This document shows positions 49,931 through 62,135 of a stretch of 64,000 nt of DNA, piece after piece. Each line of letters opens with the position of its first letter. Position 1 is the stretch's first letter. The stretch is from Octopus bimaculoides. Lineage: Eukaryota. A program made the position numbers and the translations under genes. The notes under the pieces are model-generated. The model was given only the letters and a program-made list of their open reading frames with translations. It had not been told where the DNA came from and ran no database searches. The stretch is taken from assembly GCF_001194135.2 (NCBI RefSeq), contig NC_068982.1:93791252-93855251 (forward strand), read 5' to 3'.

Positions 49931-50204
49931 GTAAGTAGAAATGTTACATTGATAAAATCTTGTTGAAGTTGACTGTAATGTTGAAAAATAATTTGATGAT
50001 AATTTACCAGGGGATGGGGTGAGGGAGAAATATATGATTAATTTCAGCCCCTGTTACTCGTAATATTCTTATGGCAAAAATTTATTACAATATATTTTAT
50101 TTTTTTAAATGTTCAAGACTTTGATGCTTTCAGCAGAATTTTCAGTGTACTGTGTAAAATATGTCAGTTCACATCCTTATTTCTAAACTATTACTATTAT
50201 TATT

Positions 50205-50401
50205 TAGCATGCCAGGCAAAATGCTTAGCGGCATTTTATCCGTCTTAGTTCTGAATTCAAATTGTGCCACAGTTGACTTTGCCTGTCATCCTTTCAGAGT
50301 TGATGAAATTAGTACCAGTTTCACACTAGGGTTGATGTAATTGACTAGCCCCCTCCCCAAAGTTTCAGGCCTTGTGCCTATAGTAGAGAGGATTATTATT
50401 A
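50205..50401 (+). mobile_element. tRNA-derived SINE family 2
   Basis: aaatgcttagcggcatt…ttctgaattcaaatt…ggccttgtgcctatagtagagagg(att)n. Confidence 0.8.
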
Positions 50402-52252
50402 TTTCTTTTTACCAAGATTAGCGAACAAAATTGTTCGGTTGCTTCTTCGTAAGATTTAGTGTGTCTTTGACGAATGTCACTTTCTCCAGAAACTGGAAAA
50501 ATATAAAGTGAATATTAAGTGCTACTGTGAAGAGGAGGAATTTTTGAAGAAAATCTCTGGCAGTATTTCGGCATGGCCTCAACTGAATGATTAAAAATAT
50601 TTGTCTTTCTAATTGACTATAGTTGGAGAAATGCTTATATTGTTAAATACACAAATCTTTATTTTTAATCAGTTCTCCAGTTGGGTGCCAAACTATATAT
50701 AGTGTTCAGTTTCCTTCCCCTTAGTTTTGCAGTGACATTTCACAGGAGTTGACATCGTACTTTTAAGTAGTTCATATTTCTTTTTAAGAAATATTGGTTT
50801 TCTAAAATCAGTTGTTGATGCCTATATGTACAACTGAAAAAATTAGAAGAGAAAATTTGTAAAAGGACTTATATGATTTAAACCTCAACTTTAATTTTGA
50901 GCTGCAGATTCAATCCTCACTTTGTCTTTTCCGTATATTATGTTCTCTTGTTGCTGTATACAAGTCCTCATAGAAATTTATATTACAAATGGCATAGGTT
51001 GGACAAGCTTGCTGTATATCATTATCACCAATTGCCTTGGTCTCTTGTTTTTTTAATAGAACTATCAAAAAATTTGTCAATGGACTTGGAGTTGATATGA
51101 AGTGAGTAAATCAGACCAAGTCACCTTCTGGTGTTCCTTTTTATTGAATTCCTCTTATTTGGATGATTTAAGAAATCAAAAGAATGCAAAACTATGTGGA
51201 AAGATATGACAAAATAAACTCCTCATCACTATGTACTGATCTTGTGCTTATGTTACTTTTGAAGACTTTACACCTCACTTCATGAGCACAACCCATATGT
51301 TTCTCTACATTTTAGCATTTCAATTATCTTATTAGATTCCTTATTCATTGCACCAATAAAGACAGGCCTGAAATCAAGAACCTAAATAGACAATTTTTTT
51401 TTTTCTATTCTTGTTGTCTCTCTTCACATTTTCCTTGATCCAGCAGATTTCTATTCAAAGGTGTTACAACTGTGACCCCATCATATCTTGTTCTCAAACA
51501 GTGTTTCTAAGACTACAATAGTCAATGTTACTTTTTCTTTCCTTTTGTGTTTTAAAGAGTGTAGGATGAGGTTTGAGGGAAATTTACCTGCTATTGTTAG
51601 TAGGTCAAGCAACTACATAGAGACTTCAGTTTGTGTTAACGAACAGTATACTGTACTGTTGAGTTAGGGATTTTTCAACCAAATAGTCTTGCTTTTGACA
51701 ACCACCTGCAGATGCAACTGGCTTTACTTATAGTGCTGTTAACATAAGAAAGGCTGTCATGCAGGATTAAAAGTTCTCTTTACTCTGAATTAGTTTCTAA
51801 TTCAGAGTGGTTTTTCTCAAAGATTGGTTAACTTCACCACACATCTCTTGCACATTGATGGAAAAGCCTTTTAATACTGATGTTTCTGCAGCATTATTAT
51901 AGCTAATCTTTTTGTCTAAAAGGTGGAATGGGGGAGATAGAGGTGTCTATAACATATTAGAGTACGTCAAGTTGATCTGCTCCTTCTCCAGTCAAAGGAC
52001 TCTGTTGCAAAGTATAAATAGTGGGATATGTGAGACGAATTGCTATGAGATTATCAGAAACACAAATGACATAAAAGGCTGAAGTTTATGATGTGACCAC
52101 ATAACTTTAACAAAATATTGAGTATAGCTTTATCAGAAAGTTTTGAGATATTTTTATTTTAGTGTAAGAAAGATAAAGTTCTTAACTAGTTTTGCTAGAA
52201 ATATCTAAAAAAAAAAAAAAAAAAAAAAAAAAACCATGATAAATTAAATTCT

Positions 52253-53126
52253 GCTGGTATGGTTAGGTGGCGAGAATGGATGAGGATAGCTGTGTGAAAA
52301 GTGCCACAGCCTGACAGTTGAGGGAACCTGTGGAAGTGATAGACCCAGGAAGACCTGGGATGAGGTGATGAAGCATGACCTTCGAACATTAGGCCTCACC
52401 GAGGCAATGACTTGTGACCGAGACCGTTAGAAATATGCAGTGCGTGAGAAGACCCGGCAAGCCAAGTGAGACCATAATCCGAGGCCACTGCCAGGGGGTG
52501 TAGTCAACCCACTTATGCGTACCTTTCCTTCATTGGACACTAAACTCTATCTGCGAAGACCTGTTGGGGCAAGTGAAATCAAAATCATGATTGAACTAAA
52601 TTCAGTGACTGGCAGCTGTGCCAGTGGAGCACCATCCGAGCGTCATCATTGTCAGAGCAGTTGTCTGGCTTCCGTGCCGGTGGCATGTAAATAGCACCGT
52701 TTGAGTGTGATCATTAGCAGCGTTGCGAGTTACTGGCACTTGTGCCAGTGACATGTGAAAAACATTCAAGCGAGGTCATTGCCAGTGCCGCTGGACTGGC
52801 TCTTGTGCAGGTGGCACGTAAAAACACCATTTTGAGCATGGCCATTGCTGGTACCACCTGACTGGCCTTCGTGCCGGTGGCACGTACAAGCACCCACTAC
52901 ACTCTCGGAGTGGTTGGCGTTAGGAAGGGCATCCAGCTGTAGAAACTCTGCCAGATCAGATTGGAGCCTGGTGCAGCCTTCTGGTTCACNNNNNNNNNNA
53001 GGGCATCCAGCTGTAGAAACTCTGCCAGATCAGATTGGAGCCTGGTGCAGCCTTCTGGTTCACCAGTCCTCAGTCAAATCGTCCAACCCATGCTAGCATG
53101 GAAGGCGGATGTTAAACAATGATGAT
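52253..53126 (+). mobile_element. 5'-truncated RTE-clade LINE: end of ORF2 plus 3'UTR
   Basis: WYG*VARMDEDSCVK…GT(C)G…RPRKTWDEVMKHDLRTLGLTEAMTCDRD; UTR with ~65-bp subrepeats; (GAT)n tail. Confidence 0.85.
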
Positions 53127-53147
53127 ATATACATATATTACTCTTTT

Positions 53148-53186
<39 letters not shown>

Positions 53187-55359
53187 CATAAATTCATTTT
53201 ATATGTACTAAATTCTTACTAAATTCTTTTGTACAATTTCTAAAGTGACTAGTTTCTTTCGTCTTTCATGACAGTATTCGATGCAAAGTGTTCCTCATTG
53301 TGCTTTTTTTTATCGTATTTTTTTTTTTCTGTATAAATACAAGTTTTTAACTAAAACTATTAGTTAGTATCAGTTGGTCAGTTACTATGTAAATGTTCAC
53401 TAGATAGCATGAATAAAAAAAACTATGGCATATCCAATTATATCTTTCCACCGAATTTCATACTGCTCATCCTTGTATCTCAATATAATATCCATCATAT
53501 GTCTTATTTATCCTCATCATTATTCCAATTGTTTTACATCTTCATCTTCATTAGATCAAAATGTTTAGTTGTCTCTCAATCCCTATTCTTTGTTTTATAT
53601 CTACTTTCAATTAGTAAGTGATTAATCTTTGGTATAATTTGTGCAATGCTTTCTGTTTTTTTCCTTAATAATAAACTACAAATATTTGTTAAAATGATCT
53701 TATTTTTTCTTTTGATGTTTTTCACAAATTTTGTATGGTTATTTTACCCAGCATTGCAACAGCAAAAGAGAAATTTCAATATTTCACCCAGACTGGGATG
53801 TATTTTGTCTTTTTTTTCTTGTAATTTATTAACAGTTGTACTAAATGTTTCCAAAAATTTTCCTGAATCAGGAAAAAGAAATGGAATTATTTGTTAATAT
53901 TAAAACTATTTCTCATCTAAAATAAAAATTTAAACTAATTGTTTTCTTTCCCGTTTATTTTTTATGTCAACTGTAGGAATGTCTTTTTCATCTTGACTAT
54001 CAAAACTTCTGTTAAAATTAACAGAATTGTGGATATTTCTTTCCCTTGCATGGGTAGTCAAAACTTTTTTGTCTGGAGTGAATCCTATAGTTTTTCATAA
54101 TAATAATGCTCCCGACTACTTCATACAATTTTATTTTAATTGCTCCATATAATTAGCACGATGTTTGCATGGTAGCTCTCTGATAACCTTGCCACAGAAG
54201 CCTGAAGATAAGCCACTCTAATTTCCAATTTCATTACTCAACTATGAAGCTAATGCAGTATAAGTTTTCAAAGTAAATATAACTATTCTATGGTCTTTAA
54301 GCTTCTGAGTGCACAGTGTGATTTTAATCCAAAGATAAACAATTAACTGGCTCCCTTCTTAATCAATGTATGCAACAAACTTTGACTTATCAATCCTCAA
54401 TATTTTTCTGACAATTAGAATTTATTTTAACAAAGATTACAAATATTACAAACAATTTATTTTAACATAAATGAAGCTTTTTATGTAATTACAAAGTTTT
54501 TTATTCAAGCAACTTTTGACCTCAATTAGCCTGTGGTTATTTGACTTCTATGAATATTCTCTATAATTTCCATTATTAGCTTTCTTGTATATCAACAGTT
54601 CACCTGAACTTTACAAATTTCAATGATTTGTTATTGGTATATTTAAAATAATTTATCTCTTTTATGTAGTCTATTGGTGTGATAAACTTTAACTATCTAA
54701 TAAATGTACTTGAAGCAGTATCTTGTCAGAATTTGGATAAAATAATCTGAAAAGCACAATATTATGTCTTCTAGCATAATGTTCTAAATCCATTAAAACA
54801 ATTTAGTGAATGGTTTATTACACTGAGTTTTGACTCCGCAACCAGTGTGTCCACATAAAAATTCTTGACAAACTGCTAATGTGTAGGCTGTATCTTTTAA
54901 ATATCTTCTTGCTCTAATCAGTAAAGATATTAGTTTTATAATGTTCACTGATCAAGAGCTGCTGCTGATTGAAACAGCATTTGTACAAATAAAAGTTTTG
55001 ACTCTTATTTATGCAAAAATGAATTGGATTAAATTGAATGTATATTTTAGAGATGAACATACTTGGAATTTTAGTAATTACTTATATATGCCTTGTCTTC
55101 ACTATTATATACTCTATTGACTGCTTGAAGGGGTGGGGACATTAATGATTTTGAATTTATTGGGGGTTTACATTGAATATGTTTTTCTGTTATGGTATCA
55201 AATAGGTGGAAAAGTATTCAATACCATCACAAGTAGTGCATAAGTAATTTAATTCTGCCACTTGATACAAATGGGCTGAAACAAAGTTTTCATGGATTAC
55301 AAGTTAGCCTCTCTTTAGTCATGCAATTCAAAGTAGAAGCATACGACCCCCTACTGCTA

Positions 55360-55436
55360 GAATCCCACACACACACACACACCTGCACGCACGCACACAC
55401 ACACACACACACACACTAACTCACTCACTCACTCTA

Positions 55437-55471
<35 letters not shown>

Positions 55472-55476
55472 TTCTC

Positions 55477-55512
<36 letters not shown>
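55360..55512. repeat. Compound (CA)/(CTCA)/(CT) microsatellite
   Basis: Visible directly. Confidence 0.95.
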
Positions 55513-55514
<2 letters not shown>

Positions 55515-55835
55515 AAATACATACAATATGGCTGCTTCTGATAAAGATAAATTCTTGATTTTTATTTAAAAAAAATTTACAATAGAAATCATTTCTTATT
55601 TATTGTTTAATATAGTCAAGTTATACTTTTAAAAATGATAAAAGTTTCTGTTTATATTTATTTCTGTTTGCCAAAAATGAATTAAGAAAAAGAAAGCAAA
55701 AGTCTCTATTTGGAGTATAAACCATAAAAGTAACTTCTAACCGCAGGAAACAGAGAGTCAGCAGAAGAAATATACCCAGACATAATACTCCCCGCTTCTC
55801 TAAATCATAATTTACATGTTCGTTTTTCTTCTTCG

Positions 55836-57600
55836 TTTAACATCTGCTTTCCATGCTAGCATGGGTTGGACGATTTGATTGAGTAGTGGTGAAACCAGGG
55901 CCTCTCTCACATATCTTACCATTAGTTGCCATTACTCATCACTCCTTAGTGAAGTTTATTATTCTGAGATCAGTCATTTCTTCCCCTATCAAATCTGGCC
56001 TTCTACAGGTCCCTACTTCTTAAATAGCTTGGAACCTTTTTACTCAACTGTCATCTTTCATACAGACAATACAGTTGCAGTCTCCTCTTTTGAAGCTTCA
56101 TCTGATTCCTCTTTTGATGGATTTTTTGTCTCAACTCATTTGAATTCTGTTCATATTTGCTAATATTATGCATCCAGTGGAGCACACTTGCCTGTTTTTT
56201 TTCAGTCTTTTTCCATCCTCAATGCTCAGTACCCATTTTGTTAGCATTTGACACCACCATATCTTGCATACATGTATCATACATTAAATTCCCCTCTATA
56301 CTCATGGATTGAATCACTCTTTTGTTTCACAAACTTTGCCACTATTTCAATCCTAGCTGCTATGATCTTGAAGTACTCACCTCCATTTCTTATTTCACCA
56401 CTTAGGTGAGCAAATACTTCAGTGGAGCCTTTTGAATATTTGAAAGAATTTATCTTTGGTATATATCATTTCCACAGACAGCTGCTCTTTTAAATTCTAT
56501 TGTTATGACCTGTAGATTTATAACAGTAGGTGACTGAAAACCAATCTCTGATGGACTTTCACATGTTCATTTAAAATCATTAATTGTAATTATTGCTTTC
56601 CTTTTGCTTAAAGCTTCTCTTTATATGGGTTGTATGGCTTTCATACGTTATTCATCTGCTTGTAGCTTTTTGAAAACTACTATACCACAAAGTGATGTAT
56701 CCTGTCAAAGGCCTTTTAGATCCATGAATGTTAGGTATAGTTACTTACTCTTAGCTAAGTTTCTCTTGCAGCTGTCTTACTAGAAAGAGGGCTTTATTAG
56801 TGACTTTTCATAGTCCATCAGTTGATATTTCTGCAGTTGCTCCTTTGTAGAAAATTTTCTTTACCATTGAAGCAGTTGACAATGAAACTGCTATGCCAGT
56901 CACTGCGTATAAGACTATGGTGTACTAATTAACTGTGCAACCCTACTTCACTGAATACTTTCTGTAGCTCAAACTATCCCTGATGGCTCAACTACTTTCC
57001 TTAGTCAACTTCCATAGATGATCTCTGTTAGGTCTTCTTCGAATACTTCTTCTTTCTCCATGCATTCTCCACATTCAGCAGCATCTCAATGTAATATTCA
57101 TAAGCTTTCTGGCATCTGTAAGGGTAACTGCACTACTGACATTCAAAGACACTTCTGTGATATCTTGATTCATACTGCCACTGCTTGACAATTTAGAGAT
57201 CTCTAGACTTCTGGTTCTCTCATACTAGAATATTGTGAAACCTCTTACTTTCGGTTTCCCTCTGTGCTACACATATCTGACATCTAGTTTCTCTTATAGA
57301 TACCAGACATAGTTCCCCCTTCCTCTTTTAATCTTTCCAGGCTTGTTTGTTAGCTGTATACCTTTACTGTACTTCAACCAGTGATCTGATCTGTGGTTCA
57401 CATCATATTGTCTGGAAACTTCTAGGTCTCCTCTCTGCTGCAAGTTCATCTCTTCTTTTTGACATGTTTCACCTTGAACTTCTTTGTACTTAGGTCTAAC
57501 AGTGAGACTTCCCTTCTTCTATACTTCTCTTCAGATTATCTAATGTCTCAAGGTCTAGCTCTTATTCTAACATCCATCTACCTTTTATCATACTAGCATA
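55836..57600 (-). mobile_element. Decayed RTE-clade LINE 3' portion
   Basis: Reverse tail tttaacatctgctttccatgctagcatggg at 55836. The reverse strand gives WVLSIEDGKRL…ASVLHWMHNIS at about 56160-56240. The right boundary is approximate. Confidence 0.6.
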
Positions 57601-57768
57601 AGTGATGATATCCCTGAAGTCAAATACCTAACAGGAAGAGGAAAATAAATAAAAAAAAAAAACATCGTTTTATCAATTCCATTGCTAAGGTTTTTCAGTA
57701 AACCTTTTTTGACATCAAGAATTTCGTTTACACTTTATAAATATATATATATATATATNNNNNNNNNN

Positions 57769-57826
<58 letters not shown>

Positions 57827-58051
57827 CTTTAAGCAACTAGCCTGGTTTGCTATTTATATTTTGTAATAATGGTTATATTACTTTCCCTTCTGAAGTGCTT
57901 CAACTTTCATGCAATAAAATTTTAGTTAGATCACACTTCCCTGTTTGGAGCCTGGTTTTTCTTATTTGTTTATCCTTGCTTTATGTATGATTTTTTTCTC
58001 CTCTCCTGTTTGTTTTGCTTTCCCCTGTTACAGCTTGTTTATTCTTTCCAG

Positions 58052-58138
58052 CAACATGAAAAGTTAAAAGTGGAGAACGCAAAAGTTAAGGAAGAAAATC
58101 GAGCTCTGGCTCGGGTCATCTCCAAACTCTCCAGATAG
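58052..58138 (+). CDS. PPP1R12A: MYPT terminal leucine-zipper exon, QHEKLKVENAKVKEENRALARVISKLSR*
   Basis: Acceptor attctttccAG; stop TAG at 58136-38. Matches the MYPT1 C-terminus [24 protein letters not shown]. Confidence 0.95.
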   Translation, partial: QHEKLKVENAKVKEENRALARVISKLSR

Positions 58139-58414
58139 GTAAATTCAGTGTATCTCGAGATAACATCAAACAACCTTTCCAACTGATTGTGAAACCCAGC
58201 ATGATAACCAGTTCTTATTATTAAATGGATCTCTTAAGTTTCAGTCTCTAGTACAACTGACAACCAGCATGGTACTTTGACTCACGCTTAGTGTTCTTTG
58301 TTTGGTTTACCTCTCTGGACCTTAACGATATCCTTTTAGAATGTTCCAGCAATACTTAACAGCTTCTGTGATTCACAAATTGCTCTGTGTCTCTTTTCTA
58401 TTTACAACACTCAG

Positions 58415-58567
58415 GTGCATTGGCACCACCACAAAATCACCACCACTGCCATTGTCATCACCATCCTCATCATCATATTGATTTCCAGATATATTTATAA
58501 CATACTGCAGCATAATCCACTAGACTCTTCCCTTACTATTGGGAATAGAGTTCAACAAAAGTTATAA
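58415..58567 (+). other. Putative downstream exon (3'UTR, or alternative C-terminus)
   Basis: A GTaaat donor directly follows the stop (58139), and a pyrimidine-rich acceptor ctcttttctatttacaacactcAG ends at 58414. The 3' end is unknown; the end given is the first in-frame stop. Confidence 0.4.
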
Positions 58568-58830
58568 TTAATGAAGCGATTTTGATATTACATATTCTTG
58601 ATCATAATTATAAAGTCAGAGAATTCACTTTGAATAACTGTTTGCATATATCAAAATATATTTCCCATGCTGTATACATATGAACAGAAATCAAAAGGGC
58701 TCAACAACAACTCTGGCCCTTTCTCTTTTAATCTCATAATTTCCTTCAAATTAGTTACATTTTGATATATTCAGAAAAGGGAAAATCCACTTTTCTTACC
58801 TAGAAGTATTATAATTATTATTTTTATTCT

Positions 58831-59000
58831 TAAGGCGGTGGGCTGGGTGAAATGCTTAGTGGTATTTTGTCTGCTATTACATTCTGAGGTCAACGTTGCC
58901 TTTCATCCTTTCAGGATCTATAAGTTAATTACCAGTGAAACACTAGGTTTGATGTAATTGAATAGTTCCCTCCCCCCAAATTTCAAGGCCTAGTGCCTTG
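58831..59000 (+). mobile_element. tRNA-derived SINE family 2 (deleted copy)
   Basis: taaggcggtgggctgg…aaatgcttagtggtatttt…ttgcctttcatcctttc…aggcctagtgcc. Confidence 0.75.
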
Positions 59001-59089
59001 TACATTCAAGCAGTAACATCACTTTCACAGAAGCAATTGGAAAGATGTCATGAAATTGGGGCTATTGTACAGGTTCACTGCTTTAGCAA

Positions 59090-59270
59090 GCATCTGGAAG
59101 CAAGGCTTGATGGTGCTTATACGTGCATGTTATAGGCTGTTCTGAATATCAGGAAGAGCTTGAGAACTATGGAAAATCTCAGTAATACACTCCTATTGAC
59201 AACCCATATATGTCAGCTGTCCAGTCATTTCCAAATGGCTATGAGATGTTGCTCAGCCAACCTCACAAAT
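59090..59270 (+). mobile_element. RTE-like LINE fragment
   Basis: LEARLDGAYTCML*AVLNI resembles the 'LDGxYTRMLRxVLN' motif of RTE-like ORFs. Confidence 0.5.
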
Positions 59271-59569
59271 GCCATACCAGTTCTTTGTGAGTGGTTGAGT
59301 TGGGCAAATCCAAGCAAGCTCAATGAATTATCATTGTTGAGGTGGTGTGCTGGTAGAATTGTTAGCCTTTTGGAGATAATATTAATCAGCATTCCTTTTG
59401 GCTTTTTTGTGTTCCTATTCCAAATACCACCATGGTTGACTTTGCTCTTCATTGTTCCAGGGTTGGTAAAATAAAGTACCGGTTAAGTATTGGGAGTGAT
59501 GTATTTGGCTTACCTTCTTTCTCTAAAATTTCTAAGCATGTGCCAAAATTTGAAATTGTTATTAAAGAT

Positions 59570-60800
59570 GTCACTTGGTATCCGATATTGTGATGTAGAT
59601 TAAAATTGTGTGTACTGGGGATTTGTATTGTCTGTCTAGTCACAAGGACTCCAGACAGACAACACTTTATGCAGTATGTGTGCAGTTCCAAGTAAACCTG
59701 ATGTTTGCAATACACCAAAATTGTAGGGTATTTTTAAAATGTCCAGACGTTTCTTCAGGTTGTATGGTATTGAACCCAATACTCCGAAGGCAACAGGAAC
59801 AAACTTTTACTTTTGAAGCTACCAGATCTTGGCGATCTCAATTTTCAGGTGTCTATATTTGTCAACCTTTACTTTTTCTTTTATGACAATCTATTGGTCT
59901 CCTGCCACTGCCACATCAATTAATAAGTACTCTTGCTTGTTGCTCTTGGAAGCTACTATATCTGGCTTTCTGTGCTCTGACACCTTGTCTGCCTGGAAAT
60001 CAAAGTTCCAGAGGAGTTTTGCCTTCCCATTTCATTCATTAACTTTCCTGGTTTATGTTGGTATCAAGCTTCTGTAATCCCATATCTATACTTCCAGCAC
60101 AATAGCCAGTGAAGTTTTACCTAATTGTGTTTGTACTCTTTCTACACAAGACTTTCACAAGTACTAATGATGTGAGTCATGCTTTTGACCTTCTCCCCAC
60201 ACATTCTGCAGAGGTTTGTTACACTCGTGTGATATATATCCCTTTTCACTGAATTAGTGTTCAGTGTCTGCTCCTGAGTAACTTTCAGTCCTCTTTGCTG
60301 AGCCACATCCATGATACTTCTCAGTCTTTTAAGTTGTTAGTCTCATGGTAGAACTGACCATATAATTCCATGCAGTGTAGCATTTCCTCTCTCTTGTTGA
60401 CTATTTGTGATTGGAATTCATTATCACTCTCAACTTTTGGTAAATCCTTCTGCATTAGCAGCATACTGTTGTAAGTCTTGTTTGCTGTTTACCAAATACT
60501 CTGCCTAGTTTTTTCTTCCACTTTCAATGAACTCCCATATGCTTATCTGGCCACGTCCACTCTTGCCCCCATTTCATGTACAGCCTGTGTACATTTGGCA
60601 TTGTCATCATCTTTCAGGCAGTGTGATTAAGTTGGTCAGTCCCTGCTCGTGTCCAATTTAGAATGGAGGCACTATGGCAAACTATAGCAACAGCCCATAT
60701 GTTGATGGCAATCACAAGATTTCTTCCATTGAGTTTTGACTTTTTGACTTCAAGAGAAGTTTGAGGTACTTCAAATATGCAAGTGACCTTGTCTTTCATT
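59570..60800 (-). mobile_element. R4/Dong-like (restriction-like endonuclease) non-LTR retrotransposon fragments
   Basis: Minus strand: KSKLNGRNLVIAINIWAVAIVCHSASILNWT (60614-60799) and KYRHLKIEIAKIW*LQK*KFVPVAFGVLGSIP (about 59765-59860). Confidence 0.65.
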
Positions 60801-61798
60801 TATCTTTATTATTATTGTTTTTATCATTATTGAGAGTGTCATCCTGGCAGGATTGATAGAGTAGCTGAACAAATTCCTTGCTATATTTGTCCTTGCTCTT
60901 TACCTTTTTGTTCCTTTGGGGTCAGTAGAGTACCAAAGAAGTCCTGAGATTGATTTTAATGAACTAACCCTTTGCTCAAAATATCAGATGTTGTGCCTTT
61001 TACCATTATTATAAAGGGTGATAAATTGGCAGAATTGTTACAACATCAGACAAAATCTGCTTTCTTGCAGTTTTTCATTCTTGACAAGACTAGAGTCTTC
61101 TTTTTCCTGTGTTGTCTCTTTCCTGTCTAGTGAGTTTTAAAGTTGTGCTTAAATTTGATATTAGGGTTGTAGATTGTCTTGGATAAAATATCCTGTGGTA
61201 CTCTTTACAGTCTTAGTTCAAATCCCATCAAAGTCAACTTTTCCCTTCATCCCTCCAGTCAAATATCAAAGTTGATTTAATTGTTTAACCCCTCACCACA
61301 AAATTCCCAGCCTTGTGCCCAAAGTAGAAACAGTTGTAATTAAATATGCACTTCTTCTGTGTGCTATGCAAACTTCCAACATTTCCCCATTATTTCTACA
61401 GGCATCTCTTTTAGTCATATTTTATGTTGTGTCACAAAAACAATTTCATTTAATAATTTTTATTGTAGCTGTTAGAAATGTCAAATAAATAATGTTCTGA
61501 TTTCCATCTAATGGAGTGTAAGCTTATATTTGGCTTTTTTTTACAGTCACTTCATTCTATAAAAGAAAGCTACAATGTAAAAGAGTTGTGCAGTCATCCT
61601 TATTGTCATTGGTTCTTAACCATGGCATTTTTGTCATCATTTTACGTTGGCTTTTCCATTCTGGTATTCAGTTACTGCTCACCTGAACTGATCAGTAAGT
61701 GTGTTGCTTCTATATTCCATTTTGTTATGGTCTATGATTGGATGCTCATCCTATCACCAATCATTTTACAAGATGCACTGGATGCATTTAATCATGTA

Positions 61799-62135
61799 TG
61801 AGGGGTGTTCATTAAAAATTTATCCTGGCCCACTTCCCAAAGACTGAGATAAATAAAACATGGCATAATTATTAGTCCTTCTCTACATAGTCACCACCAA
61901 TGGTGACATACTTCTCCCATTGCTTTATGCAACTGTGAAAACCTCATCTGTAGAAGTCGGTAGGTTGCGTCTGGGACCAAGACTTTACCTTAGAAAGAAG
62001 TTCATCATCATCCAAAAAGTGCCTCCCCTTCAAAAAAGACTTCATGGTTGGAAAGAGGCGGAAGTCAGATGATGTGAGATTGGGAGAGTAAGGGGAATGA
62101 AGAAGGATTTCATAGCCGTAGGAGTCAGAGCAGAA
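61799..62135 (-). mobile_element. Mariner transposase C-terminal fragment with one TIR
   Basis: TA followed by TGAGGGGTGTTC terminus at 61797. Minus strand HSPYSPNLTSSDFRLFPTMKSFLKGRHF (HPPYSPDLAPSDF motif) and …WEKYVTIGGDYVEK. Confidence 0.85.

Noticed and set aside
52927-53062. Exact ~63-bp direct repeat on either side of a 10-N gap
   Set aside because: Typical unmerged contig overlap, i.e. an assembly artefact.
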